Of a stretch of DNA of 64,000 bases, positions 52,774 to 64,000 are shown piece after piece (the stretch's first letter is position 1; the number at the start of each line of letters is the position of its first letter). This stretch comes from Alphaproteobacteria bacterium. GTDB lineage: Bacteria > Pseudomonadota > Alphaproteobacteria > GCA-2731375. A program made the position numbers and the translations under genes. The stretch spans positions 32,001 to 96,000 of the forward strand of contig CBDDBZ010000038.1 of NCBI GenBank assembly GCA_965225945.1. The letters are read 5' to 3'. A model generated the notes under the pieces. That model searched no databases and was not told the origin of the DNA. It worked only from the letters and a program-made list of their open reading frames with translations.

Positions 52774-54275
52774 CCATCGACAAGGAGACCCGCGCGGAGA
52801 TCCTGCGCCTGTATCACGTCGAGAAGTGGACGGTCGGCACGATCACACGCCAGCTCGGCGTGCATCGCTACACCGTCGAGCGCCTCCTCACCGCGGCCGG
52901 CGAGCCCCGGGACGCGAGGTCGCCCAGGCCGTCGATGATCGATCCATACGTGCCGTTCATCGCCGAGACGCTGGCATCCTGGCCGACGCTGCCCGCCAGC
53001 CGGCTCTACCAGATGGTGCGCGAACGCGGCTATCCGGGCGGCGGCGACCACTTCCGTCATCTGCTCAGCCACTTCAGGCCCAGGCCCGTGGCCGAGGCCT
53101 ATCTGCGCCTCAAGACCCTTCCCGGCGAGCAGGCCCAGGTCGACTGGGGACACTTCGGCAAGGTGACGATCGGCCGCGCGGAGCGCCGCCTGATGGGCTT
53201 CGTGATGGTTCTCAGCTACTCGCGGCGGATCTTCCTGCGCTTCTACCTCGACGCCGGGATGAGCAACTTCCTGCGCGGCCATGTCGAAGCCTTCGAGGCG
53301 TGGCAGGGCGTGCCCCGCGAGCTCTGGTACGACAACCTGAAGAGCGTCGTGCTGGAGCGCCGCGGCGCCGCCATCCGGTTCAATCCCCGGATCCTCGACC
53401 TCGCCGGCCACTACCACTTCCTGCCCAAGCCCGTCGCGGTCGCGCGCGGCAACGAGAAGGGGCGCGTGGAGCGGGCGATTCGCTATGTCCGGACCAGCTT
53501 CTTCGCCGCCCGCCGGTGGCGCGATATCGACGATCTCAACGCCCAGGCCCTGGCCTGGTGCCACGGCATCGCCGCCGACCGCCCCTGGCCCGAAGACCGC
53601 TCGATCACCGTGCGCGAGGCCTTCGAGCGGGAACGCGGCTCTCTCATCGCGCTGCCCGGCGATCCCTTCCCCGACCACGACCGGGTCGAGGTCGCCATCG
53701 GCAAGACCCCCTACGCCCGCTTCGATCTCAACGATTACAGCGTGCCGCACACCCATGTGCGGCGCACCCTCGTCGTGGTCGCGACGCTCGACGAGGTGCG
53801 CATCCTCGACGGTGTGGACGTCATCGCCAGCCATCCGCGCAGCTTCGACAAGGCGGCCCGCATCGAGAACCCCGAGCACATCGCCGAGCTGGTCAGGCGC
53901 AAGAGCCATGCCCGCCGCCTTCGCGGCCAGGACCGGCTGGTCCAGGCCGCGCCCAACAGCGAGCGCCTGCTCGCCGAGGCCGCCCAGCGCGGCGGCTATA
54001 TAGGCGCCACCGTCGCCGCCCTGTTGCGCCTCCTCGACGCCTACGGCGCCGCCGAGCTCGAGGCGGCCATCGACGAGGCCCTGAAGCGGGACGTTCCCCA
54101 TCCCAACGCCGTGCGCCTGAGCCTGACCCGGCGGCGCGAGCTGCGGCACCAACCCCCGCCCATCCCCGTCGAACTGCCCGGCGATCCGAGAGTGCGCGAC
54201 ATCACTGTCCGCGATCACGACCTCGTCGGATACGACGGGCTGGCCGGCGAACCCGAGGAGGACAGCGAGCAATGA
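52770..54275 (+). CDS. istA: IS21 transposase
   Basis: N-terminal HTH, QAQVDWG, YDNLKS, KGRVER. Confidence 0.95.
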   Translation: MTIDKETRAEILRLYHVEKWTVGTITRQLGVHRYTVERLLTAAGEPRDARSPRPSMIDPYVPFIAETLASWPTLPASRLYQMVRERGYPGGGDHFRHLLSHFRPRPVAEAYLRLKTLPGEQAQVDWGHFGKVTIGRAERRLMGFVMVLSYSRRIFLRFYLDAGMSNFLRGHVEAFEAWQGVPRELWYDNLKSVVLERRGAAIRFNPRILDLAGHYHFLPKPVAVARGNEKGRVERAIRYVRTSFFAARRWRDIDDLNAQALAWCHGIAADRPWPEDRSITVREAFERERGSLIALPGDPFPDHDRVEVAIGKTPYARFDLNDYSVPHTHVRRTLVVVATLDEVRILDGVDVIASHPRSFDKAARIENPEHIAELVRRKSHARRLRGQDRLVQAAPNSERLLAEAAQRGGYIGATVAALLRLLDAYGAAELEAAIDEALKRDVPHPNAVRLSLTRRRELRHQPPPIPVELPGDPRVRDITVRDHDLVGYDGLAGEPEEDSEQ

Positions 54276-55060
54276 ACGATACCCTCATGGGCCGTGCCCG
54301 GGCGCTCGGCCTGCACGGCCTCGCCGCCCACTGGGGCGAGGTCGCCGGGCATGACTGGCCCGCTGCGCTGGTCGCCTGGGAAGAGGAGGAACGGCGAAGC
54401 CGCAGCCTCAAGCGCCGCCTCGGCGACGCCCGCCTCGGACAGTTCAAGCCGCTCGCCGACTTCGACTGGGCATGGCCGCGCCGCTGCGACCGCATGGCCG
54501 TCGAGGATCTCATGAGCCTCGAGTTCCTCAACGAGGCCGCCAACGTCGTCCTGGTCGGCCCAAACGGCGTCGGCAAGTCGACCATCGCCGCCAATATCGC
54601 CCACCGCGCCGTCCTCGAGGGCCACACCGTGCGCTTCGCCACCGCGGCCAGCATGCTCGGCGAGCTCGCCGCCCTCGACAGCGACACCCTGCTTCAGCGC
54701 AGGCTGCGCTTCTACGCCCGCCAGCACCTGCTGGTGATCGACGAGGTCGGATACCTGTCCTACAGCAACCGCCATGCCGATCTGCTGTTCAACATCGTCT
54801 CCAGCCGCAGCCAGCAGAACTCCACCATAATCACCACCAACCGGCCCTTCGCCGAGTGGGGTGAGGCCTTCCCCAACGCCGCCTGCCTCGTCGCCCTGGT
54901 CGACCGCCTCGTCCACAACGCCGAGATCATCGCCATCGACGCCGAGTCCTGGCGCCGCAAGGAGGCCGAGGAACGCCAGAAGCAGCGCAGCGCCGAGCGC
55001 CGCCGGCGGCGAGCCGGCAAGGCCGGCGCGCAGGACCGCGGGGAACCGCCGCCGGCGTAG
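54272..55060 (+). CDS. istB: IS21 helper ATPase
   Basis: [26 protein letters not shown]. Confidence 0.95.
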   Translation: MNDTLMGRARALGLHGLAAHWGEVAGHDWPAALVAWEEEERRSRSLKRRLGDARLGQFKPLADFDWAWPRRCDRMAVEDLMSLEFLNEAANVVLVGPNGVGKSTIAANIAHRAVLEGHTVRFATAASMLGELAALDSDTLLQRRLRFYARQHLLVIDEVGYLSYSNRHADLLFNIVSSRSQQNSTIITTNRPFAEWGEAFPNAACLVALVDRLVHNAEIIAIDAESWRRKEAEERQKQRSAERRRRRAGKAGAQDRGEPPPA

Positions 55061-55062
55061 CC

Positions 55063-55959
55063 ATGGATGGTCCCCGCCTCTGGGACCGGCGGGTGCGGGC
55101 CGAGGCCCTGCGAGGCTATCCCCTCGAAGACGTCGTCCGCCGCCTCGGCTACCGCCGCGATCCCACCGATGCCGCGCGCTGGAGGCGTCCCGGATCCGTC
55201 GTCAGCATCAACGGCTTTATGTTCTACGAACATCTGCGCGGCGAGGGCGGGGGCGGAGCGATCGACCTGGTAATCCATGCCTGCCGGTGCACCGTGCCCG
55301 AGGCCCTCGGCTTCTTCTCGGAACTGCCGTGCCGTGACCGGTTCCCGGCCGATCGCCACCCGAAGCCGCCGTGCCCGGACCGCCACTGGCCCGCCATCCA
55401 GAGCTACCTCGTCGAGCAGCGCGGCCTCGCGGATGTGCTCGTCGCCCTGTGCCGCGACCTCGGCTTGCTCTACGCCGACCGCCACGGCAACGCCGTGTTC
55501 GTCCGCCGAAACGCGGCCGGCGAGGCTCTCGGCGCCGAGATCGTCCCTGCCGCGGCGCCACGCCGCCTCGCGCCGACCGGCGCCGCCGCGCGCGGCGGCT
55601 TCTGGATATCGTGGGAACCCGACTGGCCGAACTCCGTCATCCTCGCCAAGAACGCAATCGACGCCCTGTCGGTCCTCTCCCTCCACCTCGTCCCGGCCGG
55701 GCGCAAGGGATGCGCCGTGGTCTCAACCGGCGGCGCCACCGCAAGCCTCCCCGAATGGATCGAGGCCTGGAACCCCGGCCGGATCTTCTGCGCCTACGAC
55801 GCCACCCGCCAGGGCGATGACGCCGCGGCACGGCTCATCCGAAACGACAGCAGGGTCGTCCGCCTGCGCCCTGCCCTCGACGGCCTGGACTGGAACGACA
55901 TGCTCATGCGCGACCGCGCCGGCGAACCGCTCCAGATCGATGACCGGCCCCTCGACTGA
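55063..55959 (+). CDS. Primase-like protein (DUF3991/Toprim-like) with degenerate active site
   Basis: GGGGAIDLV, YL..RGL, LYAD..NAVF, AIDALS, STGG, AYD, DWND. Confidence 0.7.
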   Translation: MDGPRLWDRRVRAEALRGYPLEDVVRRLGYRRDPTDAARWRRPGSVVSINGFMFYEHLRGEGGGGAIDLVIHACRCTVPEALGFFSELPCRDRFPADRHPKPPCPDRHWPAIQSYLVEQRGLADVLVALCRDLGLLYADRHGNAVFVRRNAAGEALGAEIVPAAAPRRLAPTGAAARGGFWISWEPDWPNSVILAKNAIDALSVLSLHLVPAGRKGCAVVSTGGATASLPEWIEAWNPGRIFCAYDATRQGDDAAARLIRNDSRVVRLRPALDGLDWNDMLMRDRAGEPLQIDDRPLD

Positions 55960-56210
55960 ATAGCCACAGCGCGAAACAAAATCAGCCAAGCCCAAAAGCA
56001 TCCCGTCAGCCAACCGCCACCGACCGCTCAAAAAGAGCACCATATAAGCGCACCCTGGAACCACCGCTAACACCGGCACGCTGCACCACATGGCGGACCC
56101 GGAGGCCGGCTGGCGGGTGCTGCGCGGCCTGCTCGCACGGCGCGGCCTGATGCGCATCGGCCTCTACAGCGAGCGCGGGCGCGCCGATGTAGTGGCGCTG
56201 CAGGAGCTAA

Positions 56211-57380
56211 TACCAATCGGCATTAACCAGAACTCATGCGCCCATTTACGCCGCCCGATGGACGTGATGTTCCATGGTTGATCGATGAGCTTGTTCCAGG
56301 CTTCGCAGCAGGAGGTGATGATCTGCTCGTCGGATTGGAAGACCAAGTTGGACAGCCAGTTGTCGCGCATGAACTGCCAGATGTTTTCGGTCGGATTGAG
56401 CTCCGGCGAGCGTGGTGGCAGGGGCAGGAGGGTAACGTTGGCGGGGATCTTCAGCTTGTCCGTGGTGTGCCAACCCGCCTGATCGAGGAGCAGGAGGGCA
56501 TGCGCGCGCGCGCCTACCCGGGAGGAGATCTCCTCCAGATGCAGCTGCATGGCCTGGGTGTCGCAGTGGGGGAGCACGAGGGCGGCGCCGACGCCGCGTT
56601 CGGGACAGATGGCGCCGAAGATATAGGCTGATTTGGTGCGCTGGTCATGCGGTGCGCGGGGCCGGGTTCCGCGCCGCGCCCAGCGCCGAGTGATCTTGTT
56701 CTTCTGGCCGACACGGGCTTCGTCCTGCCACCAGATTTCTATCTCGGTGCCGTCGGGCAGGCGCCGGCGAGCTTGCGCCACCAGCTCGGGGAATTTTTTT
56801 AAAATCCTCGATGACGCCCTCCTCCTGGGCATGGTGGCGCGGACGCGCCGTCATCTTCGTGAAGCCCGTCGCCTTCAATTCCCGGCTCACCGTGGTCTCG
56901 TCGAGCGAGATCGCGAACATATCCCGGATCCAGCCCGCCAGATCCTTCAGCCGCCAGCGCACCACGCCGTCGACCGCCGGGTTCGGCCCCGCATCGACGC
57001 GTGCCCCCAGCGCCTGGCGTTGTGCATCGTCGAGCTTCGCCACCGCACCGGGCGCCTTGCGATCGATCAAGCCGTCCGGGCCCTCGGCGTTGAAATGCAA
57101 CACCCAATCTCGGATCACCTGAAGCCCCACGTGGCCGGTCCGTGCCGCATCCGTCCGCCGCCCACCGTCATAGATCACCGCGAGAGCCAAGAGCCGGCGG
57201 CTCTGGCCGGCATCCTTGGAAAGCTTCGCCAAGCGACGCAGCTCCGCCGCATCGAAATCCTCTCGTAACCCGATCGCCGCTCCCATGGTGAACCTCCTCA
57301 ACTCCGAATCACCGGAATTGAGTCAGAAATCATCCACCATGGGAATCCTCAAAGTGAGTCTCCCTCAAGGCCGATTGGTA
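56211..57380 (-). mobile_element. IS630-family element; transposase from 57286 with slippery site near 56794-56804
   Basis: Inverted repeats TACCAATCGGC; TA(A) duplication; WQDEAR, LDQAGWH, SPELNPTENIW; TTTTAAAAAAA between orfA and orfB. Confidence 0.92.
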
Positions 57381-57874
57381 TAATCGCCCGCGAGGGCTGG
57401 CAGCCGACGGCCGAGGGCATCCGCGCGGTGCGTGCGGCGTGGCGCGATCCACCCGCCGGTTCGTCGGCGCCGCCGTTGACCGAGAGCCCTGATTTCTTCT
57501 CGCTGAGCGGCTGCCGCGACATGCTGTTCCACGTGCGGGAGGTGCGCTTCGATCCGCCGCGCATAGCCCGCGCCCTGGCGGAGCTGGATCTCGTCTTCGC
57601 CGGTTTCGAGCTGCCGGACGAGTCGATCCGCCGCGCCTTCGCACAGCACTTTCCGGCGCCCGAGGCGCGGCACGACCTCGCCGCCTGGGACCAGTTCGAG
57701 GCGGAGAACCCGGCGGTATTCGCCGCGATGTACCAGTTCTGGTGCCAGGCCGGATAAGTCTCCCGCCATTCTACCCCCCACCGCCATGCGCACAGCATAG
57801 GCGATGACGGCGCAGACGCCGCCGACGCCCACGGTCTCGCCGACGCGGCGGGTGAACGCCTGCGCCTTCGTCAG

Positions 57875-57914
57875 CGCCTTCTCCTCTGCCGGCATGCCGG
57901 CAGAGGAGAAGGCG
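57875..57914. repeat. Perfect 40-bp palindrome
   Basis: CGCCTTCTCCTCTGCCGGCATGCCGGCAGAGGAGAAGGCG. Confidence 0.9.
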
Positions 57915-58022
57915 GAGCGGAACCTGCGGCTGTTCTCGGAGACGGTGCTACCGCGCTTGCACACCCATGACGCGGGCGGCGCCATCGACCGTTCCGACGA
58001 ATTCGCCCAGGCCGCCGAATAG
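57888..58022 (+). pseudogene. C-terminal fragment of an LLM-class monooxygenase
   Basis: GMPAEEKAERNLRLFSETVLPRL resembles LLM C-termini. Confidence 0.5.
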
Positions 58023-58115
58023 TCCCGATCCCGGCTCGGGCGCTCTCCGCGCGAGGCCATGCCACCGAACCGCCCCGACCGGCGCCGCCCCGGCCGCCCA
58101 TCGGGGTCGCCGCGA

Positions 58116-59840
58116 TCAGATATCGGCGTAGCAGTGGGTCTCCGCCGCAGCCCCGGGGTGCGTCACCGCGCCCTTGTGGGCGGGGCCGACGGCCTGGGCG
58201 TATTTCCACAGCGCGCCCGACTGATAGTCCGTCCGGCGCGGCTGCCAGGCGGCCCGCCGCGCGGCCATCTCCGCCTCCGAGATCCGGACGTCGATCGTGC
58301 CGGCTTCGGCGTCGATATGGATCTCGTCGCCGTCCTGCAACAGTCCGATCGGACCGCCGACCGCGGCCTCTGGCCCGACATGGCCGACGCAGAAGCCGCG
58401 CGTCCCGCCGGAAAAGCGACCGTCGGTGATCAGCGCCACCTTCTCGCCCATGCCCTGGCCGTAGATCGCCGCCGTGGTCGCCAGCATCTCCCGCATGCCA
58501 GGGCCGCCCTTCGGTCCCTCGTAGCGGATGATGATGATGTCGCCTTCCTCGTAGTTGCGCGCGCGGACCGCCGCGAAGGCTTCCTCCTCGTTGTCGAAGC
58601 AGAGCGCGACGCCGGTGAATTGCTGGCGCTCCATGCCGGCCACCTTCACGATCGCGCCGTCCGGCGCGAGATTGCCCTCGAGGCCGACGACACCGCCCGT
58701 GGCCGAGATCGCCCGGCTCACCGGATAGACCACGTCCTGATCCTCGGGGAAGACCACGTCGGCCAGGTTCTCCGCGATGGTCTTGCCGGTGACCGTCAGG
58801 CAGTCGCCGTTCAGGTGGCCGCCGTCCAGCAACGCCTTCATCAACACCGGTACGCCGCCGATGTCGTAGAGGTCCTTGGCGACGTATTTGCCGCTCGGCT
58901 TCAGGTCGGCGATGTAGGGCGTCTGCTTGAAGATCCGGCAGACCTCTTCCATGTCGAAGTCGATACCCACCTCGTGCGCGATCGCCGGCAGATGCAGGCC
59001 AGCGTTGGTCGAGCCGCCGGAGGCGGCGACCACGACGGCCGAATTGCGCAGCGCTTCCCGCGTGATGATGTCGCGCGGCCGAATGCCCTGGGCCAGCAGC
59101 TCCATCACTTGCTCGCCCGAAGCCACGGCGAAGGCGTCGCGACTCTCGTAGGACGCGGGCGGGCCCGCGGATCCGGGGAGTGCTATTCCCATCGCTTCCG
59201 AAACGGTCGCCATGGTGTTGGCGGTGAACTGGCCGCCGCAGGAGCCCGCCGAGGGGCAGGCCACGCACTCCAGCTCGTGCAGGTCCGCCTCGCTCCAATT
59301 GCCCGCCGCGACCTGGCCCACGCCCTCGAAGACGTCGACCACGGTGACATCCTGGTCGCGGAACCTGCCGGGCAGGATGGAGCCACCATAGAGGAAGATC
59401 GCCGGCACGTTGAGCCTGGCCATCGCCATCATGATGCCGGGCAGCGACTTGTCGCAGCCGGCGATGCCGATCATCGCGTCGTAGCAGTGGCCGCGCATGG
59501 TGAGTTCGGTGGAATCGGCGATCGCCTCGCGGCTCGCGAGAGAAGACTTCATGCCCTGATGGCCCATGGCGATGCCGTCGGTGACGGTGATGGTGGTGAA
59601 TTCGCGTGGGCTGCCGTGCCCGTTCTTGACCCCGAGCTTGGCCGACTGTGCCTGGCGGCCGAGCGAGATGTTGCACGGCGCGGCCTCGTTCCAGGTGGTG
59701 ACCACGCCGACGAGGGGTTGGTGGATCTCCTCCTCCGTCATGCCCATGGCGTAGTAGTAGGACCTGGCCGGCGCCCGCTCGAAGCCCTCGGTGACGTGGC
59801 GGCTCGGCAGCTTGGATTTGTCGAAGGTCTTGACGTCCAT
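58116..59840 (-). CDS. ilvD: Dihydroxy-acid dehydratase
   Basis: [29 protein letters not shown]. Confidence 0.96.
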   Translation of the reverse strand: MDVKTFDKSKLPSRHVTEGFERAPARSYYYAMGMTEEEIHQPLVGVVTTWNEAAPCNISLGRQAQSAKLGVKNGHGSPREFTTITVTDGIAMGHQGMKSSLASREAIADSTELTMRGHCYDAMIGIAGCDKSLPGIMMAMARLNVPAIFLYGGSILPGRFRDQDVTVVDVFEGVGQVAAGNWSEADLHELECVACPSAGSCGGQFTANTMATVSEAMGIALPGSAGPPASYESRDAFAVASGEQVMELLAQGIRPRDIITREALRNSAVVVAASGGSTNAGLHLPAIAHEVGIDFDMEEVCRIFKQTPYIADLKPSGKYVAKDLYDIGGVPVLMKALLDGGHLNGDCLTVTGKTIAENLADVVFPEDQDVVYPVSRAISATGGVVGLEGNLAPDGAIVKVAGMERQQFTGVALCFDNEEEAFAAVRARNYEEGDIIIIRYEGPKGGPGMREMLATTAAIYGQGMGEKVALITDGRFSGGTRGFCVGHVGPEAAVGGPIGLLQDGDEIHIDAEAGTIDVRISEAEMAARRAAWQPRRTDYQSGALWKYAQAVGPAHKGAVTHPGAAAETHCYADI

Positions 59841-59929
59841 GGTCTCGCGTCTCCTCCCGGAATGGCGTTGCTTCGCGTCACTCTTAGCACAAGGCCCAGG
59901 CGGCGCGCATGCCCCGCGCGCCGCTTGCG

Positions 59930-60952
59930 TCAGCCGGAGATCAGTGGCCGGACCCGCTCCGCCAGCAGCTCGATGGTGCGGAGCACCAGGCGCTGTTCCA
60001 TGCCCAGCCATTGCACGCGGGCGATCAGGCGGGTGGCGCCGGTCGCCTCGGCCAGCGCCGACAGCTGCTGGGCGCAATCCTCGGGCGAGCCGATGATGAC
60101 GCGCCCCTCGAGCAGCTCGGCCAGATCGAGCTGCGCCTTGGGGGCGCCGACCACCTCGGTAAAGAGGCCCCAGTCGCCGAAGATCCGGTAACTCGCCTCC
60201 AGATAGGGCGCGGCGTCGCGAACCGCGGTCTCGCGATTCCGCGCCACGACGATGTTACGCAAGATCGGGAAGTCCGTCGGGAACGGTTTCCCGGCCGCTG
60301 CCAGCGCCGCGCGGTAGATCTCCGCCTGTTCGACAATGGTCGGCTGCGTCAGGTGCGAGGAGGCGACCCAACTGTCGCCGAATTGCGTCTCCGAAAGCCG
60401 TGCCGCCCGTTTCACCGCCTTGGCCACGCTACCGCCGAACCAGAACGGGGGGCGTGGATCCTGGATCGGCTTCAGGGCCAGGCTGGTGTCCTCGACCTGG
60501 TAATGCCGGCCCGCGAAGCTGACGGCCTCCTCCCGCCACAGCCGGCGGATGATTTCGTGGCTCTCCAGGAAGCGGCCGAGACGCGTGCGATGGTCGAGGC
60601 CCAAGTGCCTCGACTCGTCCTCCTGCCAGCCGGGTGCCACGCCGAGGATCAAACGGCCGGCCGAGGCGAGGTCGAGAAATGCCGCCTGCTGCGCCACGTG
60701 CCGCGGATCGAAGAGCGGCAGGACCAGCATGCAGGTGGCGATCGACAGGCCGTCGGCCTCGGGCGCCAGGCGGGCCAGCGTCTCCAGCGGCGGGAACCAG
60801 GCGGCGGGCCCAAAGGAGAGGTGATGGCCGATGGCGATTCCGTCGTAGCCGAGCGCGCGGGCGAGGCGGACCTGCTCGACATGCTCGTCGAGCCGGCGGG
60901 CGAGATCGTCGGCGGCGGGGTGTTCGGGATTGATGAAGAGCGTGAGTTTCAC
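59930..60952 (-). CDS. LLM class flavin-dependent oxidoreductase
   Basis: GHH, LDLASAGRLILG, KPIQDPRPP, IGSPE. Confidence 0.88.
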   Translation of the reverse strand: MKLTLFINPEHPAADDLARRLDEHVEQVRLARALGYDGIAIGHHLSFGPAAWFPPLETLARLAPEADGLSIATCMLVLPLFDPRHVAQQAAFLDLASAGRLILGVAPGWQEDESRHLGLDHRTRLGRFLESHEIIRRLWREEAVSFAGRHYQVEDTSLALKPIQDPRPPFWFGGSVAKAVKRAARLSETQFGDSWVASSHLTQPTIVEQAEIYRAALAAAGKPFPTDFPILRNIVVARNRETAVRDAAPYLEASYRIFGDWGLFTEVVGAPKAQLDLAELLEGRVIIGSPEDCAQQLSALAEATGATRLIARVQWLGMEQRLVLRTIELLAERVRPLISG

Positions 60953-60980
60953 CGCGCGGCGCCCCCGCCTCGCCGCTGTT

Positions 60981-63632
<2,652 letters not shown>

Positions 63633-63718
63633 CGCCGAACCCTTCCTCGTCGCGCGCCGGCGCAGCATCGCGCCAGCGACCGTTTGCGCCGCTTATAGCG
63701 GGGAAGGGGGGAGGGCCG

Positions 63719-64000
63719 TCAATCCTCGTCCGCGCGTCCGGAGATCCGATTGATTTCGCGCTCGACCAGGCGTTGCACCAGCGTCGGCAGATTGTCGTCG
63801 AGCCAATCCTTGAGCATCGGGCGCAAGAGATCCTTGACCAGTGCCTCCAGCGTCGTGGCGCCGGTGCCGAGTTGCACGCCCCGCGAATCCATCACCGCGC
63901 CGGCGAGATCGGAGAGAGAGGTCGCCGCCACGAAGGCGGCGGGATCGGAAACGATGGTGGCCGGCCCGCCCTCCGGTCGCGTCTCCAGAACCACCGGTTC
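63719..64000 (-). CDS. popZ: DUF2497/PopZ-like protein, 5'-partial
   Basis: LRPMLKDWLDDNLP.LV..LV.REI.R; sits upstream of valS as in other alphaproteobacteria. Confidence 0.8.
   Translation of the reverse strand, partial: EPVVLETRPEGGPATIVSDPAAFVAATSLSDLAGAVMDSRGVQLGTGATTLEALVKDLLRPMLKDWLDDNLPTLVQRLVEREINRISGRADED

Larger units (their letters stand above)
51932..56072 (+). mobile_element. Extended IS21-family element (4141 bp, 4 ORFs)
   Basis: Ends TGT..ACA sharing GCGCTTA(G/T)ATGGTG at IR positions 22-35; 5-bp duplication CCGGC at 51927-51931 and 56073-56077. Confidence 0.92.
50509..57757 (+). pseudogene. TPR + SAM-dependent methyltransferase, split by the IS21 element and IS630; frameshift near 50745
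   Basis: TPR (AEAHDNLA), QYEENAYPRW, VAGCGTG; excising both elements restores ECSG|TLHHMADP and QEL|IAREGW. Confidence 0.88.

Noticed and set aside
52826-54271. 744-aa ORF ending in IstB
   Set aside because: Open alternative frame over istA; IstB starts at the ATGA overlap at 54272 and no slippery site was seen.

Overview
High-GC alphaproteobacterial chromosome segment (popZ-like gene next to valS, hpnC/hpnE, a CtrA box). Positions 1-41.4 kb are mostly intact metabolic genes: ABC and TRAP transport, oxidoreductases, a 'sporadic carbohydrate cluster' (TIGR04323/TIGR04324-like) with a consensus CtrA box upstream, and one IS1595 in a TPR pseudogene. Positions 41.7-58.0 kb form an IS-dense island. 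It holds an IS1380 remnant, intact katG, a group II intron remnant hit by IS256 and a 55-bp mini-element, truncated aquaporin and rubrerythrin genes, a second IS1595, a scrambled IS4, and a TPR-methyltransferase gene split by two elements. The best novelty candidate is a 4,141-bp IS21-family element (51932-56072; TG..CA ends, 5-bp target duplication CCGGC). Besides istA/istB it carries a highly structured non-coding left end with a putative promoter, a Cys/Arg-rich Zn-finger ORF, and a primase-like Toprim ORF whose catalytic acidic residues appear replaced, all four ORFs coupled. The window ends with ilvD, an LLM oxidoreductase, valS and a partial popZ-like gene. All family calls come from motif recognition by eye; no searches were run.
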